Shown here one piece after another: positions 32,036 through 41,419 of a DNA stretch of 64,000 nt. Location of the stretch: positions 256,001 to 320,000 of the forward strand of contig CBDBPB010000007.1 of assembly GCA_965208615.1 (NCBI GenBank). Reading direction: 5' to 3'. The stretch's first letter is position 1, and every line of letters begins with the position of its first letter. The notes beneath the pieces are model-generated. The model was given only the letters and a program-made list of their open reading frames with translations. It ran no database searches and was not told where the DNA came from. The stretch comes from Spirochaetota bacterium (GTDB lineage Bacteria > Spirochaetota > UBA6919 > CBDBPB01). The position numbers and the translations under genes are program-made.

Positions 32036-33658
32036 ATGTCAAAACTACCTAAGCCGGATGAGTTATCTAATGTAGATTATACCCTACCTAAGACTGAGTG
32101 GATAAATACTCCAACTGAGCTTAAGGAAACTATGATTTGTTATGGTGCTAAGGAAGATAAGCTAAAAGCCGTTGACTTTCCAAATGCAAGAAGTTGGGAT
32201 CCTAAATTGGATGACTGGAAGCTCCCTGATAATTGGAAGGAGATTATATTAGAGGGTATTAGTGAGCGTTTGGAGAAGTACAGGTCATTTAGGCTATTTA
32301 TGGATATATGTGTACGTTGTGGTGCTTGTGCGGATAAGTGTCATTTTTTTATTGGTACTGGCGATCCTAAGAATATGCCTGTTTTACGTGCTGAGCTTTT
32401 GAGATCGGTTTATAGAAGAGATTTTACTACTGCGGGTAAGGTTTTTGGTTCATTAGTTGGTGCAAGGGATCTTACTATTGATGTACTAAAGGAATGGTGG
32501 TATTATTTCTTTCAGTGTACTGAATGCCGTCGTTGTTCTGTATTTTGTCCTTATGGCATTGATCAGGCTGAGATTACTATTATAGGTAGGGAGCTTTTAA
32601 ATTTATTAGGTCTTAACACTGACTGGATCGCTGGTCCTGTAGCTAATTGTTATAAAAAGGGTAATCATATTGGTCTTGAGCCTAAGGTTATTGTTGATAC
32701 CATAAAGTTTTTGTGTGAGGATATTGAAGAGATTACTGGTATTAAGATTGAGCCTCCTATTAACAAAAAAGGTGCTGATATATTATTTGTTGCTCCATCG
32801 GGTGATCTTTTTGCTGAACCCGGTATTTATACCTGTATGGGCTATCTTATGCTATTCCATGAGCTTGGTTTGAATTATACATGGAGTACTTATGCGTCTG
32901 AGGGTGGTAACTTTGGTTTTTTTACTAGTAATGAGATGGCAAAGAGATTAAATGCTAAAATATATGCTGAGGCTAAGAGATTAGGGGTAAAATGGATTAT
33001 AGGCGGTGAATGTGGACATATGTGGCGTGTTATTCATCAATATATGAATACATGGAATGGTCCTGCTGATTTTTTAGAAGAGCCTGTTTCTCCTGTAACG
33101 GGTACTAAGTTTACAAATAGTACTTCTACTAAGATGGTTCATATTGCCGAGTTTACTGCTGATCTTATTAAAAACGGTAAGATTAAGTTAGACCCTAGTA
33201 GGAATGATCATTTAGCTATTACTTTTCATGATTCATGTAATACAGCTCGGGCATTAGGTATGTTTGAGGAGCCACGTTATATTATTAATAATATTTCTAA
33301 TAGCTTTTATGATATGCCTGAAAATACTATTAAAGAAGTAACTTTTTGTTGTGGTAGTGGTGCAGGGTTAAACGCTTCTGAGAACATGGAGCTTAGAATG
33401 AAAGGTGGTTTTCCAAGGGCTAATGCGGTTAAGTATGTTGCAAATAAATATGGGGTTAATATGCTTGCCAATATTTGTGCTGTAGACAGGGTTACATTAC
33501 CTCCTCTAATGGATTATTGGGTTCCTGATGTAGGGGTAGCGGGATTACATGAACTTATTGGAAATGCTCTTGTTATGACTGGTGAAACTGAAAGAGAAAC
33601 TGATTTAAGGGGTGAACCGTTACCAGATAATGATCACAAGGAGAAAGAAGATGTATGA
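32036..33658 (+). CDS. dsrK: DsrK, HdrD-like Fe-S catalytic subunit
   Basis: CVRCGACADKC, CTECRRCSVFCP, GECGH, FHDSC, FCCGSG. Confidence 0.97.
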   Translation: MSKLPKPDELSNVDYTLPKTEWINTPTELKETMICYGAKEDKLKAVDFPNARSWDPKLDDWKLPDNWKEIILEGISERLEKYRSFRLFMDICVRCGACADKCHFFIGTGDPKNMPVLRAELLRSVYRRDFTTAGKVFGSLVGARDLTIDVLKEWWYYFFQCTECRRCSVFCPYGIDQAEITIIGRELLNLLGLNTDWIAGPVANCYKKGNHIGLEPKVIVDTIKFLCEDIEEITGIKIEPPINKKGADILFVAPSGDLFAEPGIYTCMGYLMLFHELGLNYTWSTYASEGGNFGFFTSNEMAKRLNAKIYAEAKRLGVKWIIGGECGHMWRVIHQYMNTWNGPADFLEEPVSPVTGTKFTNSTSTKMVHIAEFTADLIKNGKIKLDPSRNDHLAITFHDSCNTARALGMFEEPRYIINNISNSFYDMPENTIKEVTFCCGSGAGLNASENMELRMKGGFPRANAVKYVANKYGVNMLANICAVDRVTLPPLMDYWVPDVGVAGLHELIGNALVMTGETERETDLRGEPLPDNDHKEKEDV

Positions 33659-34088
33659 TAGGTCTAAAATTATTATTGGTATAGTTATATTTTTAGGGGT
33701 TATTGCTTTTCCTTTTTATTATAACAATGTTTTAGGAAAGAGTTCTGATGTTAAGGCTAAGGGTAAAAGTAATGTTTTAGCTGGAAAAAAGGATGTGGAT
33801 GCCTTACACTTTCATATTGGAGGCGAGAAAAAACAAAGAACCCTTAAGGATATGAGAGCTAATCACATGAAGATATTGGATAGCTGGCGAAATGAAGTTG
33901 TTAGAGATGGTATTCGTAAGCCTGGAAGGAGCTTACAAAATGGATGTCTTAGTTGTCATGCTAAAGAGAAAAAGAATGCTATGAAAATTGGGGATAAGGA
34001 GGCTACTGCTTGTGAAGACTGCCATGTTAAGACTGGAACGCAGTTGTACTGCTGGGAATGCCATTTTGATCCGAAGGAGAGTAAGTAA
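33651..34088 (+). CDS. dsrJ: DsrJ, triheme cytochrome c
   Basis: N-terminal TM anchor, MRANHM, three CxxCH (CLSCH, CEDCH, CWECH). Confidence 0.92.
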   Translation: MYDRSKIIIGIVIFLGVIAFPFYYNNVLGKSSDVKAKGKSNVLAGKKDVDALHFHIGGEKKQRTLKDMRANHMKILDSWRNEVVRDGIRKPGRSLQNGCLSCHAKEKKNAMKIGDKEATACEDCHVKTGTQLYCWECHFDPKESK

Positions 34089-34939
34089 TGGATAAAAATG
34101 ATAATAAAACTGAGGTTCAATCTATTGAAGAGAAAATTGGCAGAAGACAGTTTATAAAGATAGCTGGTATATCTACTTTATTTGGAGCTGCTGGTATATC
34201 TGCCTTACAGATTCTTAAGCCTGGCTCACTGGATGCTTTTCATACATATACTAATAAAATACAATGGGCTATGGTGGTTGATATTAGAAAGTTTAATTCT
34301 GATGAAGACTTTAAAATTCTTATTGACGCTTGTCATATAAATCATAATGTACCTCTTATACCTAATAATGAGGATGGTTCTGAGAATAAGGACGTGGTAA
34401 AGTGGATTTGGAGGGATAGTTATGAGCATGTTTTTGTAGAAAGTGGTCATCGTTTTTTATCCAATAGAGTTAGTAATAAGAATGTTTTAGCATTATGCAA
34501 TCATTGTACTGAACCACCATGTATTAGGGTATGCCCTACTAATGCTACTTTTAAGAGGGTTAATGATGGGATTGTTATGATGGATCAGCATAGGTGTATT
34601 GGTTGTAGGTTTTGTATGGCGGCTTGTCCTTATGGAGCAAGGAGTTTTAATTTTAGGGATCCAAAACCTTATATTAAAATGCGTAATCCTTCTTATCCTG
34701 CTCGTAGTAGGGGAGTTGTTGAGAAGTGTACTTTTTGTGCTGATATCATTCATATTGAGGATACTAAGCCTTATTGCGTAGAAGCATGTGATAGTAAAGA
34801 GGAACTTAAAGGTGGTCTTACTTTTGGCAACGTTAATGATAAAAATTCTAAGGTTAGACAGCTTCTTAAAGAGTACTATACGGTAGTTCGTAGGCCTGAA
34901 ATTGGTACTAAACCAAATGTGTATTATATAATATCCTAA
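34088..34939 (+). CDS. dsrO: DsrO, Tat-exported Fe-S protein
   Basis: GRRQFIK Tat motif, ACH..HNVP, CNHC..PPC..VCP, CIGCRFCMAACP, EKCTFC. Confidence 0.94.
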   Translation: MDKNDNKTEVQSIEEKIGRRQFIKIAGISTLFGAAGISALQILKPGSLDAFHTYTNKIQWAMVVDIRKFNSDEDFKILIDACHINHNVPLIPNNEDGSENKDVVKWIWRDSYEHVFVESGHRFLSNRVSNKNVLALCNHCTEPPCIRVCPTNATFKRVNDGIVMMDQHRCIGCRFCMAACPYGARSFNFRDPKPYIKMRNPSYPARSRGVVEKCTFCADIIHIEDTKPYCVEACDSKEELKGGLTFGNVNDKNSKVRQLLKEYYTVVRRPEIGTKPNVYYIIS

Positions 34940-34952
34940 GGAGTAATTGGTC

Positions 34953-36104
34953 ATGTTGGAAAAAGTGATTTCTGGAAGTCGGATATATTGGGGCTGGATT
35001 TTATTTTTATTAGTGGTAATAGCTATTGGTTCTGCCGCTTATGCTTATCAGTTTATTAATGGACTTACTGTTACTAATATGGGCAGGGATGTTTCATGGG
35101 GATTATATATAGGTCAGTTTACTTTTTTTGTAGGGGTTGCGGCCTCGGCTGTTATGTTGGTTATTCCATATTATTTACATAATGCAAAGGTATTTGGTAG
35201 GTTGGTTATATTTGGAGAGTTTTTAGCTATACCTGCGGTTATAATGTGCCTATTATTTGTTATTGCTGATATGGGAAAGCCTATGAGGATGCTAAACGTT
35301 GTTATTTACATGAGGACTAATTCTATATTATTTTGGGATTTTTTAGCATTAAATGGATATTTACTCTTAAACATTATTATTGGTTGGTTTGCTTTAGGAG
35401 CAGAGAGAAAGGGTATTAGTTATCCAAAGTTTGTTAGGCCGCTAATATATTTATCAGTTCCGGTGGCATTTAGCATTCACACGGTAACAGCTTTTATTTA
35501 TGCTGGTTTACCTGTTAGGCATTTATGGCTTACAGCTATTATGGCGGCAAGGTTTTTGGCATCTGCATTTGCGGCTGGACCTGCACTTTTAGTTTTACTT
35601 CTTTTTATAACACAAAAGCTTAGCAAGTGTGATTTAAAGTTAGAGCCTATTAAGGCTATGGGTAAGATTGTTACTTATGCTATGATTGCTAATGTATTTT
35701 TTTTAGGATTAGAGTTATTTACGGCTTTTTATAGTGGTATTGAGTCTCATCAGCATCCATTTGAGTATTTATATGTTCACGCTAGTTTAATTTCGCCTCT
35801 TATGTGGGTTTCGGCCGTATTGGGGCTTGGATCTTTGGTATTATTAATTACGCCATCTTTTAATAGTAACTTTAATTTAGTTAGAATAGCATGTTTAATG
35901 GTTTTTATATCCCTGTGGATAGATAAAGGTTTTGGATTAGTAATAGGTGGGTTTAATCCTAGTCCTGCGGGTAAGTTTGTTGATTATTGGCCTACATTAG
36001 TTGAGGTTTTAGTTAGTCTTGGTATTTGGGGAATTGGTGCATTGGTGTTGACTATTTTGTATAAGGTGATTTTATCTGTGAGAAAAGAGATTAGAGGGTT
36101 TTAA
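34953..36104 (+). CDS. dsrP: DsrP, NrfD/PsrC-family membrane protein
   Basis: GL.VT.M.RDVSWGLYI, FFVGVAASAV, DMGKP.R, SIHTVTAF, FLASAF. Confidence 0.95.
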   Translation: MLEKVISGSRIYWGWILFLLVVIAIGSAAYAYQFINGLTVTNMGRDVSWGLYIGQFTFFVGVAASAVMLVIPYYLHNAKVFGRLVIFGEFLAIPAVIMCLLFVIADMGKPMRMLNVVIYMRTNSILFWDFLALNGYLLLNIIIGWFALGAERKGISYPKFVRPLIYLSVPVAFSIHTVTAFIYAGLPVRHLWLTAIMAARFLASAFAAGPALLVLLLFITQKLSKCDLKLEPIKAMGKIVTYAMIANVFFLGLELFTAFYSGIESHQHPFEYLYVHASLISPLMWVSAVLGLGSLVLLITPSFNSNFNLVRIACLMVFISLWIDKGFGLVIGGFNPSPAGKFVDYWPTLVEVLVSLGIWGIGALVLTILYKVILSVRKEIRGF

Positions 36105-37494
36105 GTTTTTAATTTTGATTAAGTGCTATTCAAAAGTATAGGCTGTTTTATTGTATTATTTAAAGTTAGTCTAGTTATAGATTAGGCTATTTTATGATAG
36201 ATTTTAGTGGGTATTATTGTAAAAGGTTTTTAAGTTTTTAAGTTTTTAATTTTGATTAAGTGCTATTCAAAAGTATAGGACGTTTTATTGTATTATTTAA
36301 AGTTAGTCTAGTTATAGATTAGGCTATTTTATGATAGATTTTAGTGGGTATTATTGTAAAAGGGTTTATAGTTTTTAATTTTGATTAAGTGCTATTCAAA
36401 AGTATAGGACGTTTTATTGTATTATTTAAAGTTAGTCTAGTTATAGATTAGGCTATTTTATGATAGATTTTAGTGGGTATTATTGTAAAAGGTTTTTAAG
36501 TTTTTAAGTTTTTAATTTTGATTAAGTGCTATTCAAAAGTATAGGACGTTTTATTGTATTATTTAAAGTTAGTCTAGTTATAGATTAGGCTATTTTATGA
36601 TAGATTTTAGTGGGTATTATTGTAAAAGGGTTTATAGTTTTTAAGTTTTTAATTTTGATTAAGTGCTATTCAAAAGTATAGGACGTTTTATTGTATTATT
36701 TAAAGTTAGTCTAGTTATAGATTAGGCTATTTTATGATAGATTTTAGTGGGTATTATTGTAAAAGGGTTTATAGTTTTTAATTTTGATTAAGTGCTATTC
36801 AAAAGTATAGGCTGTTTTATTGTATTATTTAAAGTTAGTCTAGTTATAGATTAGGCTATTTTATGATAGATTTTAGTGGGTATTATTGTAAAAGGTTTTT
36901 AAGTTTTTAAGTTTTTAATTTTGATTAAGTGCTATTCAAAAGTATAGGACGTTTTATTGTATTATTTAAAGTTAGTCTAGTTATAGATTAGGCTATTTTA
37001 TGATAGATTTTAGTGGGTATTATTGTAAAAGGGTTTATAGTTTTTAATTTTGATTAAGTGCTATTCAAAAGTATAGGACGTTTTATTGTATTATTTAAAG
37101 TTAGTCTAGTTATAGATTAGGCTATTTTATGATAGATTTTAGTGGGTATTATTGTAAAAGGTTTTTAAGTTTTTAAGTTTTTAATTTTGATTAAGTGCTA
37201 TTCAAAAGTATAGGACGTTTTATTGTATTATTTAAAGTTAGTCTAGTTATAGATTAGGCTATTTTATGATAGATTTTAGTGGGTATTATTGTAAAAGGGT
37301 TTATAGTTTTTAATTTTGATTAAGTGCTATTCAAAAGTATAGGCTGTTTTATTGTATTATTTAAAGTTAGTCTAGTTATAGATTAGGCTATTTTATGATA
37401 GATTTTAGTGGGTATTATTGTAAAAGGTTTTTAAGTTTTTAAGTTTTTAATTTTGATTAAGTGCTATTCAAAAGTATAGGCTGTTTTATTGTAT
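36095..37494. repeat. Non-coding tandem array, 10 full units plus a partial 11th, unit length 129 or 137 bp
   Basis: AAGTGCTATTCAAAAGTATAGG recurs at 36121, 36258, 36387, 36524, 36661, 36790, 36927, 37056, 37193, 37322 and 37459; the length difference is one 8-bp GTTTTTAA module. Confidence 0.97.
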
Positions 37495-38186
37495 AGGTAA
37501 ATATATTAAGATGACGTTTTATGATAATTTAGTTATGACTTTATAACAAGGTATAGAACGTAAAACGCAAGACATATAACGTAAAGGCAAGTGAATTTTA
37601 GATTTCTTTATGGAACAGGAAAGTTAAGATATTCATGAAAAAGTTATATTCTTGTTCTACAGGGCTAAACTTTCTATGCTCTTTAAGTACTGTTTAAATG
37701 CCTTAGCAATGAACACAAAATATCACTTTTTATGCAAGTAGTCATCACTACGAGAGCTATTAAGAATCCCTTACTGAGACTAAGAATTATACACCTTTAT
37801 TAAGTGATAACGGATTTGCCTTTCCATAAAGGGATAGAGCGGATTCTTTAAATATTATATATTGACGTTATGTGTAAAGCTTAGGCGAATTAACTATAAT
37901 TCTTTATATGTTAAAACACTTAAACTAACTAATATAAAAACTAATCCACTAAGAACCTCTTTACAACAGCATAACTAAAACACTCCATAACAAATAGCTA
38001 TTCCCCATCTTGCGAACTCTAAAACCATTTAATAATCCTTTGCAATAGATTTTAAATACGTTTCTGCTTGACTTTTCATAGAAATTTATTATATTATAAC
38101 AGCTTTATTTTTAAATGATATAGCTATATAGATGCCGATCACTTGTAGACTGTCATATTAAGCTAAAATGTATAATAGGGGGAATT

Positions 38187-39236
38187 ATGAAAAAAATATT
38201 TTTTATATTACTATCTCTATCTCTATTAATAGGATGCGAACAGGATAGTGTTAGTAAACTTGCTATGGATAATGGTGGAGGCACTGGTGGTACTGGTGGT
38301 ACTGGTGGTACTGGTGGTACTGGTGGAGGCTCTGGTGGAGGTACTGGTGGAAATGGTGGAAATGGTGGAAATAATGATGGAGGTACTGGTAACTCTACTG
38401 GTAAAGTTTTTGTAAAACTAGGTGTTAGTAATGGAAATGGAAGATCTTGGTCTACTGCTTATAGTGATTTACAAAAAGCTATTGAGGAAGCTCATAAAGA
38501 ATCAAAAGCAACCGGAAAAACGGTTAAAGTCTATGTAGCCGCTGGAACCTATACTCCATCAGGTTGGCCTAATAAAGGTGGAGTTGTTACTAATAAGGGT
38601 AAACACTTTTCTTTGCGTAATAATGTAGAGGTATACGGTGGTTATCCTCGATCTGGTGGTAACTATAGTAACTATAGGGTTAATAAGACTATTTTAAGTG
38701 GTGATCTTGGTGGAGAGAAGGTATACCACGTTTTTTATCATCCAAATGGAGTGATAAATACTACAGCAAAGCTACAAGGAGTTACCATTACTAATGGTTA
38801 TAATGAAGGTCAATATGGGGGAGGCATGCATAATGGTAGAGGCTCCAGCATAACATTACTAGACTGTACTTTTAAGGATAATACTGCACATTATGGTGGT
38901 GGAATGTATAATGGTCCTGATTCTAATGTAAAATTAGAAAACTGTATCTTTAAAAATAATACAGCTCTTAATGGTAATGGAGGCGGAATACATAATGGTG
39001 ATGGTTCTAGGGTAGAATTGAAAAACTGCACCTTTGAAAATAACACTGCTAGATATTATGGTGGTGGAGTATATATTAGCTATGGTACTACTACTACGTT
39101 TACAGGCTGTACCATTAAAAGTAATACTGCTCACTATGGTGGTGGTGGAATATATAGTTTTAATTCCGAACTAAATTATGTAAACAAAGGTAATACAATT
39201 GAAGATAATGACCCTGACAATGTAAAGTCTTTATAA
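38187..39236 (+). CDS. Lipoprotein with Gly/Thr/Asn linker and right-handed beta-helix (PMP-like) repeats
   Basis: Lipobox LLIGC; (GGT)n linker; G.SW..AY.DLQ.AI, V.VAAGTY.P; repeated GGGMxNG..S...L.NC.F.NNTA units. Confidence 0.85.
   Translation: MKKIFFILLSLSLLIGCEQDSVSKLAMDNGGGTGGTGGTGGTGGTGGGSGGGTGGNGGNGGNNDGGTGNSTGKVFVKLGVSNGNGRSWSTAYSDLQKAIEEAHKESKATGKTVKVYVAAGTYTPSGWPNKGGVVTNKGKHFSLRNNVEVYGGYPRSGGNYSNYRVNKTILSGDLGGEKVYHVFYHPNGVINTTAKLQGVTITNGYNEGQYGGGMHNGRGSSITLLDCTFKDNTAHYGGGMYNGPDSNVKLENCIFKNNTALNGNGGGIHNGDGSRVELKNCTFENNTARYYGGGVYISYGTTTTFTGCTIKSNTAHYGGGGIYSFNSELNYVNKGNTIEDNDPDNVKSL
38274..38390 (+). repeat. In-frame 9-bp microsatellite encoding a GGT/GGN linker
   Basis: (ACTGGTGGT)x4 at 38283-38318 plus (AATGGTGGA) copies. 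Confidence 0.9.
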
Positions 39237-39282
39237 AAGGGTTATTAGCTAAAACTACTATCAATATTAATAATTGATAATG

Positions 39283-39307
39283 TTAACCCCCTTTTTAAGG
39301 GGGCTAA
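39283..39307. terminator. Stem-loop after the lipoprotein gene
   Basis: TTAACCCCCTT-TTT-AAGGGGGCTAA. Confidence 0.65.
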
Positions 39308-39495
39308 TACATTTAGGGTATTACGCTATAGCATCCTATAGGCTATTGTAAATATTATAAGATATCCAGTTTTAGCAGATAATGTCAATATAATTATTCT
39401 TAAAATGCTTTTTATTATGTTTAATAGAGCAATAAATAACAGCTTACCATAAATATACTATTAAAATATCCCCCTATTTCATTTTTAATATAAGA

Positions 39496-39527
39496 TAAGG
39501 AACTTTCTTTAAAAGCCATTTGTTATA
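39496..39527 (+). promoter_or_regulatory. dsr upstream motif, copy 2 (ECF-like GGAAC-N18-GTTA; overlaps an extended -10 TGTTATAAT)
   Basis: TAAGGAACTTTCTTTAAAAGCCATTTGTTATA. Confidence 0.65.
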
Positions 39528-39600
39528 ATATATAATCTTATAGATATCTTTTTAATGCTAATTATTATAGTTAGATAGAAACTTATTGTTAGGAGGAATA

Positions 39601-39957
39601 ATGAAGATAGGGGTATTGATATATGAGGGTCCTTATAACCACCAGGCGTCTGATAGTGCATATAACTTTATAAAAGCCGCTATGGATAAGGGACATGAGA
39701 TTATTAGAGTATTTTTCTATCACGATGGAGTTATAAACGTTACAAAGCTTATGGAACCACCATCTGACGATAGACATATTGCAAAGCGGTGGTCTGAGAT
39801 TGGTGAAAAGGGAGTTGATGTTATTGCATGTATAGCGGCGGCTAAGCGTAGGGGTATGGTTGATGATATTTTAACTCCTAATACCAGAATATCTGGTTTG
39901 GGTCAGTTGGTTGAGATGGGGGTTGATGCTGATAAAGTTGTAGTTTTTGGTGATTAA
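39601..39957 (+). CDS. dsrE: Sulfurtransferase DsrE
   Basis: EGPYNHQASDSAY, RVFFYHDGV, active-site CIAAAKRRG, ISGLGQL; ATG after AGGAGG. Confidence 0.95.
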   Translation: MKIGVLIYEGPYNHQASDSAYNFIKAAMDKGHEIIRVFFYHDGVINVTKLMEPPSDDRHIAKRWSEIGEKGVDVIACIAAAKRRGMVDDILTPNTRISGLGQLVEMGVDADKVVVFGD

Positions 39958-39975
39958 CATATAAAAGGAGATTTT

Positions 39976-40386
39976 ATGAGCGGAAAGAAGTTTATGTTTG
40001 TTATGAGAAAGGCTCCTCATGGTACTATTTACTCTTATGAGGGTTTAGAGGTTGTATTAATTACTGCAAGTTATGATCAGGACATATCCATGGCATTTAT
40101 TGATGATGGTGTTTTTGCACTTAAAAAGGGCCAGGATACTAGTGGGATTGGTATAAAGGGTTTTTTACCTACTTATGATGTTCTTGGGGATTATGATGTA
40201 CATAAGCTCTATGTAGATGTTGATTCAATGAATGACAGGGGGCTTACTAAGGATGATCTTGTTGATCTTGTTTATGAGGACGATGAAGATGAGGATAATC
40301 CAAAAGAAATTAAGCTTATTCAGTTTTTGAGCCGCAAAGAGATTATGGCTAAGATGAGTGAGCAGGATGTTTTACTACCTTATTAG
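39976..40386 (+). CDS. dsrF: DsrF
   Basis: RKAPHGTIYSYEGLEVVLI..SYDQD, F.DDGV..LKKGQ; acidic insert EDDEDED. Confidence 0.94.
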   Translation: MSGKKFMFVMRKAPHGTIYSYEGLEVVLITASYDQDISMAFIDDGVFALKKGQDTSGIGIKGFLPTYDVLGDYDVHKLYVDVDSMNDRGLTKDDLVDLVYEDDEDEDNPKEIKLIQFLSRKEIMAKMSEQDVLLPY

Positions 40387-40413
40387 AACTGCTAATTAAA
40401 AGGAGGATTGGTT

Positions 40414-40707
40414 TTGTTACATACAATTAATAAGTCACCTTATACAAATACCAGTTTAGAGAGTTGTTTAGGCTTTATAAATGAGGGGGATAGTGTATTA
40501 CTTTATGAGGATGGTGTGCTTGGTGCTCAGGCTGGTAGTAGTGTTGAGCCTATATTAAAGGATTTTAGTAAAAAGTGTAAGATTTATGTTTTATCTGAGG
40601 ACTTAAAAGCTAGGGGTATATCTAATACTTTGGATTTTGTAGAGTTGACCGACTACTCAGGTTTTGTAGACTTAGTTGAAAAGGATAAGATTCTTGCGTG
40701 GCTCTAA
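40414..40707 (+). CDS. dsrH: DsrH
   Basis: MLHTINKSP, LESCL, LLYEDGV, DLKARG, DYSGFVDL; TTG start 7 nt after AGGAGG. Confidence 0.94.
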   Translation: MLHTINKSPYTNTSLESCLGFINEGDSVLLYEDGVLGAQAGSSVEPILKDFSKKCKIYVLSEDLKARGISNTLDFVELTDYSGFVDLVEKDKILAWL

Positions 40708-41396
40708 GTAAAGAAGGTATAAATAAAAGTAAGTTACGGTTTTTATTGTTAGAAAACAATATTGAGGCGATAAAAGAACTTTCTTTTGTAAATGGAAACG
40801 CTCTAATAAAAATACTTTCTAGGCTATTGTATGATAGGGATTATCTGGTAAGATGGAGGGTGGTAAGTGCTTTTGGTGAGCTAAGTGTTATTAGTCCTGA
40901 TTTAGTTAGGCGGACTGTTAGTCGTTTGGCATGGACTCTTAATGATGAGGCTGGATGTAGGAATTGGGGTGCTCCTGTTGTATTAGCTGAGATTGGTTAT
41001 CATGACTTATCCCTTGTGGATGAGGTTATAAGGATAGTTCTTCATTATATTGATGATCCCGAAACGTCATTACCTCCAAATCGTAATGTGGATATTGTAG
41101 TGGGAGTGCTTTGGTCTATTGCTAGATTTGCTAAAAGCCATCCTAACATAGCCAAAGAGGTTGTTGGACTGGTTATACCCTTTTTAGCTGATGAGAATAG
41201 TAATATTAGAGGTCATGCACTGTGGGCATTAGAGTCCCTTAGCCAATTTATAAAGGCAAGTGATAATAAGGATATTTTAAACATTCTTTTGCTTTTGAAA
41301 AAAGATTGTACTAAATTTAATCTCTATTTAGATAGACAGATTATTTCTTTAGAGATAAATAAATTAGCTATTAATATTTTAGCAAAGTTAAAATAA
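40698..41396 (+). CDS. HEAT-repeat protein (DVU0298-like)
   Basis: LYD.D.LVRWR, RL.WTLNDEAG...WGAP, FLADEN..IRG.A.WAL; overlaps dsrH by 10 nt. Confidence 0.7.
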   Translation: MALSKEGINKSKLRFLLLENNIEAIKELSFVNGNALIKILSRLLYDRDYLVRWRVVSAFGELSVISPDLVRRTVSRLAWTLNDEAGCRNWGAPVVLAEIGYHDLSLVDEVIRIVLHYIDDPETSLPPNRNVDIVVGVLWSIARFAKSHPNIAKEVVGLVIPFLADENSNIRGHALWALESLSQFIKASDNKDILNILLLLKKDCTKFNLYLDRQIISLEINKLAINILAKLK

Positions 41397-41419
41397 CTAT
41401 TTTAAGGAGAAGTGATAAT

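Noticed and set aside
36095-37494. CRISPR array
   Set aside because: Units are near-identical over their whole length with no unique spacers, and no cas genes are nearby
36095-37494. Repeat-protein gene, iterons or oriC
   Set aside because: Unit lengths mix 129 and 137 bp, the ORF track shows no ORF, and I saw no DnaA boxes or rep/dnaA gene
37495-37910. Pseudogene or ncRNA between the array and the lipoprotein gene
   Set aside because: Only short ORFs without recognisable motifs; the AACGTAAA..GCAAG duplication is too short to interpret
39601-40707. TusBCD/TusE tRNA thiolation genes instead of dsrEFH/dsrC
   Set aside because: Embedded with dsrAB; DsrC keeps both C-terminal Cys; DsrE/F motifs match the Dsr type
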